Positions 12,395-25,250 of a DNA stretch of 64,000 nt are shown here, piece by piece (positions within the stretch are counted from its first letter, which is position 1; each line of letters begins with the position of its first letter). This DNA comes from Phoronis australis. Its lineage: Eukaryota; Animalia; Phoronida. A program made the position numbers and the translations under genes. The notes under the pieces are model-generated. The model saw nothing but the letters and a program-made list of their open reading frames with translations, had not been told where the DNA came from and searched no databases. Location: the NCBI GenBank assembly GCA_002633005.1, contig NMRA01000091.1:682565-746564 (forward strand). The letters are read 5' to 3'.

Positions 12395-13362
12395 CACCCT
12401 ATGGTGTTTACCAGGAAGTAAAATGAGCTTATGACGACACTGAATATTTTGGGAATGGCATAATAATAATCATTTGACAATCTAGTTAATATCCTTCAAA
12501 AGTGTCTGTTCGAAGAGTTCTTACTCCCCGTCCAGCTGCATATGAGAGACGGGTGTCGAGAGTTTCCTCTGCCTAATTACATATTCAAGATAGTGGGTAG
12601 TATATACATGTATTGCCGGCATGTATTGCGTCACGAGGGACTGTGTGTAGAGAGTAGTCGCATCTACTGTGTATTACTCAGTGGCGGGTTATGTCACGAA
12701 AGAGTGGTGACCTTCTAAAGTATTCTAAGTAGTGGGGTACTACCGATTGATGTTTACTGTTACTAGCACAAACGCTGGTCCAGTAAACCTACACTGGGAT
12801 ATAACAACACGGTGTGCAACAGAGGCGGATCTACAGCGGGGTTCGCCAGAAAAACGAAATCAGCTTCTAAAAACGACAAAAAAAATCTTACACGGGAGGG
12901 GGAACCTCCTCCCGACCTTCCTTCCTCTCGGCGCTGAAAACGTAGATATGCCATTGTACAAGGATTCACCATGCAGCGGGGCTGCAGAGTATGAAGCACC
13001 AAAGGGTTCTTAAACGAGTACAATGTCATTTTCTTGCACAATTCTCGGCCTTCTGTGTCAAAGAAAAGTCTGTCGTCATTTTGAAAACAGCACGCTTGTG
13101 ACACGCACATGCACTATTTCCGGATTTTTGCGACATCTCTCGGGGTATATGATGACAGCGATACGCCGTAAAATGTAACAATTGTTACATTTAACATTAC
13201 TAAGCCTCTCCTAAAATGTTGCAAGTTGTTTCATTTTACGTAGTGTTGTTACATTTTACGTCGAATACACATTCGAGAAATGCACCATTGTTACATTTTA
13301 CGACACAAACGTCATATTACAAAGAACATGACCAAAATTAAGAGCAAGTGATATCTTACACG

Positions 13363-13641
13363 GCCGGGAGGTACTCAAGTATTTTTGGACGAGGGGTGCC
13401 GCCCGAAAAATTTGGATACCTACCCGTTTAGAGAGTGGGCTTGGACATAAAAGTGACTGATTTAGAATCTTATTTTGTAAAAATTCATATTTTCGGACTT
13501 CCAGAAATTCAGAAAAGGCACGCTTTTAGATAATAGATATTTTGTCAAAAATGGCGCTATTTTGGAGAGTTTTTTCGCTGTGAAAAAGCACCCATTGGGC
13601 GGCACTTTCCGTATACCTCTTCTATAGGAATGCCCTCCGGG
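13363..13641. mobile_element. MITE of the CCCGGGGG-GTACTC terminal type, nested in the 3.5-kb element
   Basis: Ends ccgggaggtactc ... ggaatgccctccggg, with an internal inverted pair GTGCCGCCC / GGGCGGCAC. A related left end (ccaagggggtactccc) occurs at about 22352. Confidence 0.6.
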
Positions 13642-13667
13642 CTGGCACAGCATGAATCTGGCTAACC

Positions 13668-13755
13668 ATTATCATTATTATTACTATTACATTGCTATTA
13701 CTATTGCTACTATTACTACTTTCATTACAATTACTCATTATCGGTTATCATTGTG

Positions 13756-13808
<53 letters not shown>
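13668..13808. repeat. (ATT)n microsatellite, degenerate at the left and perfect at 13757-13806
   Basis: Seen directly in the sequence. Confidence 0.97.
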
Positions 13809-13809
<1 letters not shown>

Positions 13810-14809
13810 AGCTTTGAATTTATTTAACGAGGACACAGCGCCAAATACACAATACATGTTTTATCAAAGTGCTAATACATCATGGACCTTAAAGATTTTA
13901 AAATCATCTGATTTATGGTTCAATGTTTTCACCGTGTACCGAGCTTCCGGCGATAATGGACAGCAAATACTGTTTCAAAAGGATTTTAAAGTTGTTCCCA
14001 GGTTCAGCCTTAATGATATTGTGAGAAACGCCTAGACAGCTGTGGATGCAGAGTAGGCCTACTTTTTGGAAACGAGGAGGTTGAGATTTAGAATCTTGTT
14101 TAGACGTGCGCCAACTTTTCTGAATTATCGGCAAGTACGGTATTGTTTGTAAATACAACTGTATGCTTCGGTAGTTTGCCACTGTATTCAGAATTTATCC
14201 CATACGCGTTGAATCAGTCGAGTGCAATACAGCCATGTAATAGTTTTCCGTATTCACCACCCGCACTACTTCAACAGTGACCTCTGACATGGAAAGTTCA
14301 AAAGGTTCGTCATTAGCCGGTTCGCTCATCAAACTTTCAGAAAATAGTTTAAAGTAATACAATTGTAGCAGTGTAAATTCCACTCAACATGCAACCAGGT
14401 CTCAATCGTAACATCTGGAACAGGACTGTTAATTATATTACAGTTCTGTCTCAGTTCTCAATTGCTAAATATTATATCGTTTGCAACTCAGGCGCCGATT
14501 CCTCGGTAACTACCAAATCAAATATTGTTGTTTTCAGGAGATGTTACAGGTTCAATGCACAGTTACCGTTGTTTTCATCTTTGTTATATCTTTTCAAGTA
14601 ATAAATCGTTATATTTAAAACTGTTTCTTTACTAGAGAAACCTATCAACCTGACGCGCACGTGCATACATATAGGATGTAATCCGCCACGTGAACAGTCT
14701 GAGTGAAGTATTTAAAAAATCTGCCGAAAAAATGAAAGGAACTTAGGGAATTCGAAGCGCATGGGATAAATACAAAACGTACCTCGATTGGCGTACATGA
14801 AGTAATATC

Positions 14810-14880
14810 CCACTCGACATTATTCCGCGTATCGACCACGACCTTCGCTCTCGGTCGATACGCGAAATAATGTCTCGTGG
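14810..14880. repeat. Long GC-rich hairpin, probably the central palindrome of a Crypton-like non-autonomous element
   Basis: GACATTATTCCGCGTATCGACC pairs with GGTCGATACGCGAAATAATGTC (one mismatch) around the loop ACGACCTTCGCTCTC. Confidence 0.6.
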
Positions 14881-15005
14881 CCCTACGTCACTCTCGGTCT
14901 GTTTTGTGTATGTATACTTTTACTTGCGACTTACATCTAAACGCGAGGATACCCACCGTTTTATTATTTTGTCTCTTGTTTTAAACATTCCTTTTCAAAG
15001 AACTG

Positions 15006-15177
15006 GGGGTCGTTCCACGATGATGTGTAAGTTCAAAAATTGTGTTTAGTTGAACTCTGGAGGCAGACATTTTTCGAGAACTAGCGACAAATCGGCTACG
15101 GCTGCGGTCACCGGATCATTAGAATAGCTGGTAACGGATATACAATACACGCAACAATTTTATGTGGAACGGGCCCC
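15006..15177. mobile_element. Short PIF/Harbinger-type MITE
   Basis: ctg|GGGGTCGTTCCAC ... GTGGAACGGGCCCC termini, the same end type as the element at 41902-42146. Confidence 0.6.
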
Positions 15178-18100
15178 AATATTCTTAGAAGAACACAGTG
15201 ATTTAACTGCATTATTTGAACTAGGTTTCAGTGAAAGTAGGTTATATGGAACAAAAACGGCCAACGTCAAAGTCAGCGATGTTTAATATGCACGTTTTAT
15301 GCGGTGTAGCATAAGTGTTAATAATGTATACAAAATTCCCTTGTCTGCCTACAACTACACGTGTTCTTGACAGCAATCTGCAACAAAAAAAACGCCTCAT
15401 GAGATACGTGACTTCATGTCAATTAATACTAGAATGTCTAATCTCTGTCTTTATTTATATGTGCTTCGGACAAACGAGCATTGACCCAAAACTAATTTTA
15501 AAAAGATAATAGCTACAGGAAGTGAATGTTTTTCTTGTCCGAAAGGCCGACAGTCAGCTTTACTCGGACTATTGCCCCTTTAAACTATCGATCTACATGT
15601 AGACCCAGTTTGAGCAAAATGATTAGGTCCTTTCAGAGGGCCAAAATATTTTCTATTCCCCTAGCTAAGCCAACCATTTTTACGTTACACATTAAACGGT
15701 TAGATCGGTTGTTACCACCACTATTTCAGAGGGTTTGAAACATAGGAATAATGATATTTCTTTCAACTTTGACGCTGTTTAAAACACGTCACAATGCCGC
15801 CGCTTTCTTAAACTATTGTCTGGCCCTTCTCAAAGGCGATCTTTTGCTGTTTCAGTGACACAATCTGTCAACCTGCTCGCAAATAAATGCGTGCTTTTTT
15901 CCTTCCACCATAATGTCTTTAAGAAATTGTCATTCGTAAATAACGTGGAAGACAGAACCAGTCGGCATCAAAAACTTTGGCCCTGCTCCTTTTGTTTAGA
16001 GCATTAGCGATGACTCCAAGAAAATGAAATACTGGCTGAAATAAATCAAACTATCGTGGACTAAAACGGGTGGTTTTTCTATCAATTTGGCTTCCGAAAT
16101 TGAATTCTGCGTGAAAAAAAATTGTTGTCGTTTGTTCCCGAATAAATACGATAAATATTAGCCAAACTACAATGTCATTGTTTCTGCCGTACTTACCATG
16201 CAAGGGAAGTGTGTTTACTGTAATGCCGGAAACACAATTGGCTTATGACATGTGAGCGCCAACGAAAGATTGCAAGAGCACTTTAAGAATAAAAACTTGT
16301 TTCCTGATTCCTTTCGTCTGGAGTTGAAACTGTACGTGATACATTTTTGACAATACCAAGAAACTACCCACATGTTAAACAAACAATGGAAAGCACATAG
16401 GGACACATCTATAAATTCGAGCGAGCACATTTGATAAAATTTCACTACAAACATTCCGAGAAAGAAGAATTTTTAAAAAGTGTGTGAACCGTTTCCTCCC
16501 ATGAGACAAATACCATGCAAGCTCATGGAATATGGCGTCGCTTTCGTACAATGTAACAATGACGTAAAATGTAACAGTTGTTAGATTAAAATGTAACAAT
16601 TACATTTTACGCCGCATCATGGCAGCTTCGCCAGCAGCAGTGACACGTTTCGTCGTGGAGGAGGAACAGTTGATTGAAGAATCAGCGAAAAAGAATCTAG
16701 CCAATAGGTGGCGTTATATTTCATGGCGCTCAAAGCCGATGCATAAGATTGCTCCACAACGTTATAGCAGCAGAGTAACGGTAGAAAGCCATGTTGTCTG
16801 ACACCGCGTAAATAATTTAGTTTACTCAAGGAAAAGTACAGTTCTTAATTACACAGATTTTGTGTCAGATTTTATGTGGCCATTTTTTACCCACACTGGC
16901 AAAAAGCTGTATATTTTAGTGAATAGCTTTGCTCGAAGACTGGTAAGGCGTTTGATTGTTGATTGTGATTTAGTTCAAGTTATTCCTGTGGTCAGCAACA
17001 GCGTAATTAAGAGCCATGTTATTGTTAGTTTACTAAATGAACAACAGTTCTCGATTCTGTTAGTTGGGGATGGTTAGACGATAAACTAGCCCCTGGATTT
17101 GATCACTCCTTTTTGTCTAGCTACAGTCACGAAGCGTAATTTCAAACCCACGCAGTCTATTCTGACAGGAATGCTCAAACAGAGTGTCTGGCAAAATTTT
17201 ACACATGTGTTAAACTTGTTCCAACATCCTTTACATAACTTTTTTAAAAGTACATACAACGCGACTACAAACATTCGGCCACTGTTTTGTGCAAATAATA
17301 TGCTTCTTAACTCAGCACGGGCTTTTGAAATTATAGTTTCGTCAGTTAAAACCTACGCAAATTGTATCTTAGAAACTATTTGAAAAAATTATGATAGTCA
17401 TTGGTGACGTTGAACAGTAATCGTTTTACTTTTTAAAATCTTTTTCTTGTTTAAACATGTGTGGGCAAGGTCATTTCCTAGATTTTTGCAATCTTTCATT
17501 CGTCAAAAGGCCATCTTTCGCTTTTCATAACTTGAAGTTATTGTAGGATCTTGCAAAAAAACTTCCTGCCACTTTCCAGAAACTCGAAAAGTTTTACTTG
17601 TCCGCATGTTACAACTTTTACCTTACAAAGTGACACCTAGCACCACCTATAAGTGTAAAATGTGTTGAAAGCTGGTGCGCGTCGCGCCTTTTTGAACTTG
17701 CAAGGAAGAAATTGAAACTGTCAAAATATTCAGGATAAGTGTAATTTCGTATAGTACACTTATTCTACAATGAAAAGACTCGCATAATTCGTATTTCGGT
17801 TATTCCTTCGTATACACGTACCTACGCATGTACGCACACAGGCCACGTACCCACGCACGCACACACAGAGATACAATTTACCGGGGTATGTACATTTGAT
17901 ACGAAGTATGACCTTTTCGCATCGGGATGGTTCGCATTTTAAAGCACACCTCGCAGGGGGCGTCAAAGCAGAGAAGGGAAATATCGACCGTATAGCATCT
18001 TTCTTCAGAACATCTTTAGGAGTTACCCCCGTGTTCTTAGCAATCTGACTGTAAGAAATATTTGTCGCACACATGATAGTCTTGCACCAATTTAGCAAGG

Positions 18101-18214
18101 CGGGGGGAGTGCAGGAAGGTTGCACTCGATTTGGAAATTTTTGTAGGTCTAAAATACCGTCCCCAGATTTCCACCATGGCACGCTTTGGCACTCCAAGTC
18201 AAGAACTATTAATT

Positions 18215-18610
18215 CAGGCCGTCCTGGATCAAACAGCGACACTCGAATCTCGCTGTATTTACCTACAATGCCGTAAATATCCGGCAGGCACATTTGCTGC
18301 CTCGTTTTCGTGCCACTTGAGTATCACATGTTATTTGCTGTTGTCTGAATCTTTACGAATTTTTCTCGGTTGCATTATTCTATTTGTACTTCCAGTGCCA
18401 ACAAAATATTTACTGCTGTACTGTTGGCAGCGATTCTGATGTGAGAACGTTTGATAAACTGAATACCAGTTGATTAATGATGAAAAGTTCTTCGTCTTCA
18501 CGACATCAATGAGAGACACGAAAAAGTGCATAGTTTTCAAAACGAAGTCACGTGCTTTCTTATCTCCGGGACAAATGAGAGTTCTATCGCCGTGTAATCC
18601 AGGACGGTCA
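18215..18610 (+). repeat. Copy A of an old dispersed repeat (copy B inverted at about 56150-56545)
   Basis: CGACACTCGAATCTCGCTGTATTTAC, TCGGTTGCATTA and ACATCAATGAGAGACACGAAAA blocks are shared in collinear order with the reverse complement of 56150-56545. Confidence 0.8.
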
Positions 18611-18930
18611 GACACTTTGATATTGGTCGGGCAGACAGAGTGTCCCTTCTGTCCCACGATTATCGAGGACGGGTGTCCATTTTCCTTTTGATTGCACTGA
18701 ACTTAGAGAAAAGCATATTGATAAGTACCTTTCAACTTACGCATTTAAATATTTTCCAATATTTAAACGCGTTTAAAAATGTTGTTTTTGCATGAATGAC
18801 CCATAGAATTTATTACAGAAATAAAATCAATTTGATTTGGTTTGACTTCTCGGACACATAACAGCCACAAAGCTTTGGAGTTTCAGAGCCCGTTGCTTTA
18901 GTGACATTGGTAGACGCAACGTATTGCGCA

Positions 18931-19120
18931 CAGTGGCGGATCTAGGATATCACAAGGGGGGGGGCAACATTTTGTCCGGCTGTAAGCAATTGCGCAAACT
19001 GAACCACGATTGTAGATGCGCATAGCACCGAATGGGGGGAGGTCGGAACAGAAAAAGTTCCTGGGCGGGAGGGGGGCAAACCCCCCTCCCGCCCAGGAAC
19101 TTTTTCTGTTTTTACCTCTA
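18931..19120. mobile_element. CAGTGGCGGATCTAG-type MITE remnant; related ends at about 3908, 12821, 23638, 24335-24365, 36660-36805 and 37876
   Basis: Recurrent (C)AG(T/G)GGCGGATC(C/T)AG plus G-run ends, and their CCCCC..AATCCGCC(T/C) counterparts. Confidence 0.55.
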
Positions 19121-21075
19121 AAAANGTAGCTGAGTGCGTCGCGACCATGGGAGGTTGTCTCGTTCTTTTCAGAGCACACCCTCTGGTATGTTGACGTGTT
19201 CATGTACGTTATATAAGCTCCCGTGAAAACCGTGGAGGTTGAACTAGTGGGTCAGATAAGGATATATGCTGAAATTCATTAATTCTGCTATTATTCATTG
19301 TCATTGCATAGTAGACTGGCACACTTGTCACTACTAACAGAAGTTAGAAGCATAAAAATGTAGTTAATGGTCCTAAACACACAAACATTAAGTAGTCTAG
19401 CAATAGTTTTATAATGACTGACATTATCGCTTTTGGCGGTGCCATTCAGCAATGACTGCCATCGACGGCATCGTATAGTCGTGCGGAGTGTTCAATTATT
19501 TCGGAGGGTGTTTGTTGCTATGAAATTAGGATTATACCCACTCTTTAGTATAATCAGCAAGATAAAACCTCACCCTTTTGTGAGTTGGCACAGTCATTAA
19601 AACTGACCCATTTTGGTTAGAGCCTCAATGGAATAGTCAACTTTTCTGATAACATAATTATGCAAAGTCATTATTTACAGGGAATTGAATTTCAGCAAAA
19701 AGCTGGATTGTATTCTTTTTAACACAAGAAGCCTCAGTTGTATGTGAAACATTCAGTGGTTATGGTGTAAAAATGGATCATTTTATACAGTTCAAACCTA
19801 AAAGTAATAATTTTTGTGTGGAATTTATTTGTAAATTCGCCCTTTCATGGTGACTTTTGCAGTGCCTGAGTCAGTGGTCAGAGGGGCACATTTGGTCATA
19901 TGCAATCTATGCAAGTGTCCTCTCTCTCGTGGACTCCGACTCGTCGACTGTTTCATTATTTTTTTTGCTTTCCACATTCACATGATGTCAAGTGTTGCAG
20001 TTTGCAACAATCATCTATTAATTTCAGTCTAATTGCAAAACCAGAACCATTCTAAAACATTCAGAAACTACTATTGTCGTCTTGGAGTTAGACTTTGTAA
20101 GCAATCGAACTTTAAAAACCTGGTTCGTTGAAATGACTAGTTGCAAAAACATCTCACATTTCAAAATTGGGAGGTCAGGGTACTTCAAAGATTTTAAGTT
20201 GGGTCACTTAACCCAAATCGACGGTTTCTTGTGTGTTAGGTTGGTTGGATTGTTATCCAGGCAATAGTAACTCGCTGGCAATCCGCATTTTGAGAACATC
20301 TTTTAATGCCTGCTATTCAGTGAAAAACAGGTTCGTGTTATACAGTAGAAAACACTGGTTCTCAAAGTGGGGGTGCCCTGTATGTTATTATTACCATTAT
20401 GTTTTGCTCAGTGTTTTGAGCAACATTCTAGTGTTTCATTCTTGTGGTTATGATCTACGTAATACAGCAGTGATTTTAGTCAACATTTCGGTCTTTTCGA
20501 ACAGTTTTTCAAAATTACAAATTTGACTCTTACTGAGGGGGCCTCCTCGTGGCAAGAGTTGGGCAGTGTGAAATGCTTCAGAACATTCGCACTGGCAAAC
20601 ACCCTCACGTTGACATCATTAATGTGTTCCTAGAAATAGTTTACTCATAAGCTACAAAACACACAACATGCCAAGAAATTTATCTAACCATCGGGAACTT
20701 TATTTTGCTGATGTATTGATTACAAATATGGTTTAGTTTAGCGATAGACTGAAGTACTACGTCTGGGCATTAACATAGCCGTGGGCGCACAACAGGGCTA
20801 TCCCCTCCTCGTTGCAAACCCTTCCCCTGATAGAAACTCATTCCAGTTTTGTTCTTGCCTAGCGTCCCTGTCCCTGTCCCCTGTTCATGCAGTGCCTCAA
20901 AGTTGCCTTACATTACAGTCATTGGTTGCCAACAATTTCAAGTTTAGCAACCTCTTGAATAATTCTGACTACACCAGTGTTGCTACGTGGGAATAGGTTA
21001 CTAAAGACCCGACTGCCATTCAAGTTGCACATTCACTGCCTTGTGAAAGCATAAACCATTATAAAATTAACACCT

Positions 21076-21350
21076 GGGCCCTGGGATTCAACTTTTTACT
21101 CAGAATTATTTGTTATTTTCTATTCTAGTTTTGTTTGAATTCGAGATAAGTTTCTTTTAGTCTATACTTGAGTACTTATTGATGGCAATTAATGATCCCT
21201 GCATTACAGCTAAAAGTTTGAGTCTGAGTTCGAGGTTTTACTAGAAATCTTGAGTTTTTACTCAAATTTTAGCTATCTTGATCTCGCAAGGAAGTGGACT
21301 AGAAATGACAAAAACAATTTCGAGTTTGATTTGAAATGAAAGTTTCACTT
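21076..21350. mobile_element. Diverged, partial copy of the Harbinger-type MITE at 30309-30710, in opposite orientation
   Basis: ctg|GGCCC start, TTTTTACTC, GAGTTCGAG and AATTTCGAGTT motifs, and similarity to the reverse complement of 30600-30660. Confidence 0.5.
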
Positions 21351-22834
21351 TGACTAGAGGTGTATTCCCAAAACATGATCGCATAATCCCTTTTCAGGGT
21401 TTTAAATCAATTCATACAAGATTGGGCTGGAATCTGTTTAGCCCAAAAAGCTTTTAAATGCTATGTGGAGAATAATAAAACATCTGTACTAAACTGTGTT
21501 GAAAAAATGAACCCTTTTGACATTCCTTATCCACAAATTGTACCAATTTTCAAGCTGCTATATACCCAAACTCTTTTTAGAACTGTCATGTAAGAACATA
21601 AGATTGGTCTGGTACAAACAATGTTGTTTTTGGTCAAATTAGTAGCAAAAATCACAAGCACTCACATGAAGATTGGCATTGGATTTGGATACTAGTGTCT
21701 GATGTCAATCTTCATGAGTGTGCTCGTGATTGGACTCTTCATCTTGTACTGTTCTTTACTGAGATTACATGTGGTATATTGGCTTCGGTTGAACGGATAG
21801 TTTGTTATTGCTTAAGACCTGGTGCAATAACCATGGCTTTGAGCAATAGCGAAGTTTGAATTCTTCCAAGTCCACTAAGGAACAAGTTGAGACAGGGACA
21901 TATACAGGGCTTGGAATTTTCCTTGATTGTTTTTATTTCCTTTTATTTGATTTCCAGCTTCTTTTTTATCATCATTTTTTGGATTGATTCATGCAAAAAC
22001 ATTTATTTCAGTTTAATTTTACAACACAAAAATATTTTTATCACACAAGCCTATTTGTGAAATGATAGATCACCTGGAAAATTTTCCTCTTATTGTCATT
22101 TCAATTCCTGTATATAGTGGTAAGTTGTTCAGATCAAAATTTATTCTTTTTCACATAAGACGCATTTATAGCAACTTAAAGGGATTTAATTCGAAGGAAA
22201 TCTGGAAGCTAGAAGACACCATCTGATAAGCGCATTCTGAAATCAACAATTGTGCTTGTACTTTCCAAGATGTTCAACACACATTGTTAGGTATAGGGAT
22301 AGGGTTCAATCCACCATCCTTGGGCTTTCAGAGTACCCTCCTAAAACCATTCCAAGGGGGTACTCCCACAGGTTTATACAAGACACGACACTCAACTGGG
22401 TGATTTTTCTCAAACAATTTCTCTTCAAAATGGTGCTTAAAAAATCCCTACCGAACCAAACTTTTTTCCCATGAATACAACGGGTTTCACTCTGGAAGTT
22501 AAAAACACTGCAAATGGTACTTTTTCCTACTGCAAAAGGGGTTAATACGATACCTGTCTTTTTAAAACCTTGGACGCCAGACTCATTTTTGACAACAGGA
22601 ATCTCTGAGCCGAATTCTTCAAGCTTAATGAGTGAAAAAAACAGCTGTCCAAGAATTATTGCGAAAGGATTCATTTGTTAGCATTAGCTCTGATAAAAAG
22701 ATTGTGCATTTGAAACATTAGGCCACACTTTTATTGAAGTCTAAACCTCGGACCACAAACATAATGTTTTTTAGCCACCGTCTAAATGAGTGGAGATTCT
22801 TCTAGTACTCGATTATGTAGAAAACTAAAGGTTA

Positions 22835-23130
22835 GGGCCCATTTGGAACACCTCTCGTGTATTTTCGTAGCTACAAATTTACCCTCGGAACATTTGGAGC
22901 ACCTCGGCTATTTTCCTATTTTAATTTACAAATTTTTCTTAGAAACACTTCAGGTATTTTCGTAGCCTCAAATCTCCTCTCGGAGATGAACGTTATCCAA
23001 AATATGGCAAGTCACGTGATTTTCAATCTTGACAATAATAGGCAAACTGAAGTCCGCACACATGCAGAGAGCATTCACCTATTAGGTGAAATTTGAGGTT
23101 ACAAAAACACACGAGGTGTTCTGGATGCCC
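22835..23130. mobile_element. MITE with GGGC...GCCC termini and internal GAACAC..TATTTTCGTAGC repeats (Harbinger-like)
   Basis: Left GGGCCCATTTGGAACACCTCTCGTGTATTTTCGTAGC versus reverse complement of the right end, GGGCATCCAGAACACCTCGTGTGTTTTTGTAACC. TTA precedes the left end. Confidence 0.6.
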
Positions 23131-23992
23131 TTGGAAGTTAATGTTTTCAGTGCATGCTCGAACTTTATGGCCAATCATTCTCCACTAAGTTTGATAATCA
23201 CGCAAGTTAAATTCACCTTCAATGAGAAAGTTGAGGCTCCCAATATACCCAAGGTGATCTGAATGGTTGTGTGGGGTCCCACATCAAAAAGGGAAATGGG
23301 GAAGAAAAAAATAGTATCAACGATGTGAGGGGTGTAGCTTGAGAATCGTGGCTACCTGGAGGGTCGAAAATTGTGGTGTTCTAGGGTATGAATACTGTGT
23401 AGGCTGTGAAGTGGTGGAAATTGGGTGCCGGCAGTGTCTACTGTAACACTGTACATAGATGGATAGGGGAAGGGGGGNNNNGGGGTGGCGGCAAGGGGGC
23501 CATGGCCCTGCCTAAAATTCTCCCACATTCCATTTGGCAGCTTGGTGGTGCAACTGTTTGACGGGAAAAATACTCTGCCCTTGCCCCTACCACCTATCTC
23601 AAAATCCTGGATCATCCCCTCCTGTAAGATCTTACAGCAGGGGAGGATCCAGGATTTCGGGACGTTTTCAATTCATAAAAAGCGTTCAAACAATGAAACT
23701 GAAAAAATGCCAAGTGAAAAGAGTGAAGCCAATGTTAATTCAGGTTTATTTTCCTAGTAAGGAATCGATAATTACATGATTTTACTACAGTTTATTGGTA
23801 ATATCACAACATATAAACAGCCACCTCACCAGAGAGTTCCCCCCGACCGCAAACGCGACCCAGTCGCAAAATAACTTTTACTCTCGCGACACCTAGCGAC
23901 CTGATAACGTAATACCGGATGTTAGCATGCGCAGAGCAAACTTCCTGGTTAAAAATTGCCAGCTGACAGCCAATGAAAACCATCGTTCTAGT

Positions 23993-24056
23993 GCCCTGTA
24001 CCTGGGCCTTCACAAGCAATCCGTGACGTCAGCTTGTGAGGCCCGGGAACCAGGTT
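23993..24056. repeat. Tiny hairpin element (miniature TIR element) with a TGACGTCA motif in the loop
   Basis: CCTGGGCCTTCACAAGC pairs with GCTTGTGAGGCCCGGG; loop AATCCGTGACGTCA. Confidence 0.6.
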
Positions 24057-24413
24057 AAGTGGAGCAGACAACGAAAACGGAGTCGTAGTGCGCAGCGCCA
24101 CTGCCGGTCGCCTGGGATATCGCGGGAGAGCCTATACTTAGCCATAGTTCCGTTGCGAATGCGCCGTGTTCCGAATTTGACACTTGAAATTGGGGTTTGA
24201 GCCCCCCCTCCCCAAACACTAAAACTGCACACATTTAAATCTTTTTTCATCCGTATAATTTTGATTACTGGGGTTAATTAATAAACTCACCATTTTCCTA
24301 CGCTCTTACTGTTTTATTTTTTTGCGGCAGCCAAGGGGGGGGGCGCCCCCCCTAAATCCGCCTATGGCGCATATAGAAATGAAGTTAACAAATAATTTGT
24401 GAAGAAGTAATCC

Positions 24414-24419
24414 TTTATT
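24414..24419 (-). terminator. Candidate polyadenylation signal of the GPCR gene
   Basis: AATAAA on the minus strand about 830 nt past the stop codon, followed by T-rich sequence. Confidence 0.5.
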
Positions 24420-25250
24420 AGACTAAGTACAGAATAGAAAGTTTACGAAATTACATACGAGACAAAACTGACAACAAAACCATTGCCACAGCCAGGATAG
24501 CACCAAGGGACCTACATTCACGACGCTGGCATTGACTTTGAATGACGGTGGTCGTCAAATCTAAAGAAGTATATAAATTGAACCGCTTTTTAAGTTACGT
24601 TTAGTAAAAACACAGATCCCGAATACCTTGTTCTGTTTAATTACTGGTTCCCTGGTAAGTATTTGCACAGTCTATATCTGTAATTGGTATTTGCTCAATA
24701 CTTCTCCATGACAACCAGGAATCTGTATATTTACTTAAATATTAAATCCAAAAATGGTATGTTTCCCTTTTACAAATCGACAGATAAAAGTGTACGTGCG
24801 TTGAAGGGGGTACATTGTATCACTATGGAAAAATCTCAAGGTTCTTTCCAACCAGCAAAAGACAGATGACGGTATTTTTTGAATTTGACAATCATATTTG
24901 ATTAATTATCCCCCGCCACGTAGAGACAATTTTGTCCGTGTTGTTGTTAGCCTGGCGATGACAGTGAGCACGACAATATCAAAACAAACCCAGACATCAA
25001 AGAACTGAACGATATTGCACTTTCCGCAACGTTGTTTAGTCAGTTAATTGCTGATATCAACACCATTATCTTCCAAAACAGTATTCTACGTCCTGTGAAT
25101 AATTTGAAGAATAGGTACACATTACTGTCAATATTTCCCGCAGCATTATTGATTCTACAATGTCGTTTCGCTGATTACGTGTCATTTACAGAAGGCAACA
25201 TTATCTACATGTACCATAGCGAATGAGACTAGAAACCATCTTGTCCAAGC

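Larger units (their letters stand above)
13160..16618. mobile_element. Non-autonomous DNA transposon, about 3.5 kb, with TIRs and subterminal GTTACATTTTACG repeats; superfamily not assigned
   Basis: Left end GATACGCCGTAAAATGTAACAATTGTTACATTT matches the reverse complement of the right end, GATGCGGCGTAAAATGTAATTGTTACATTTT. TTGTTACATTTTACG motifs repeat at 13182-13302 and in inverted form at 16550-16610. Confidence 0.75.

Noticed and set aside
17760-18293. 177-aa minus-strand ORF
   Set aside because: It overlaps a dispersed repeat whose second copy does not keep the frame, and no domain was recognised.
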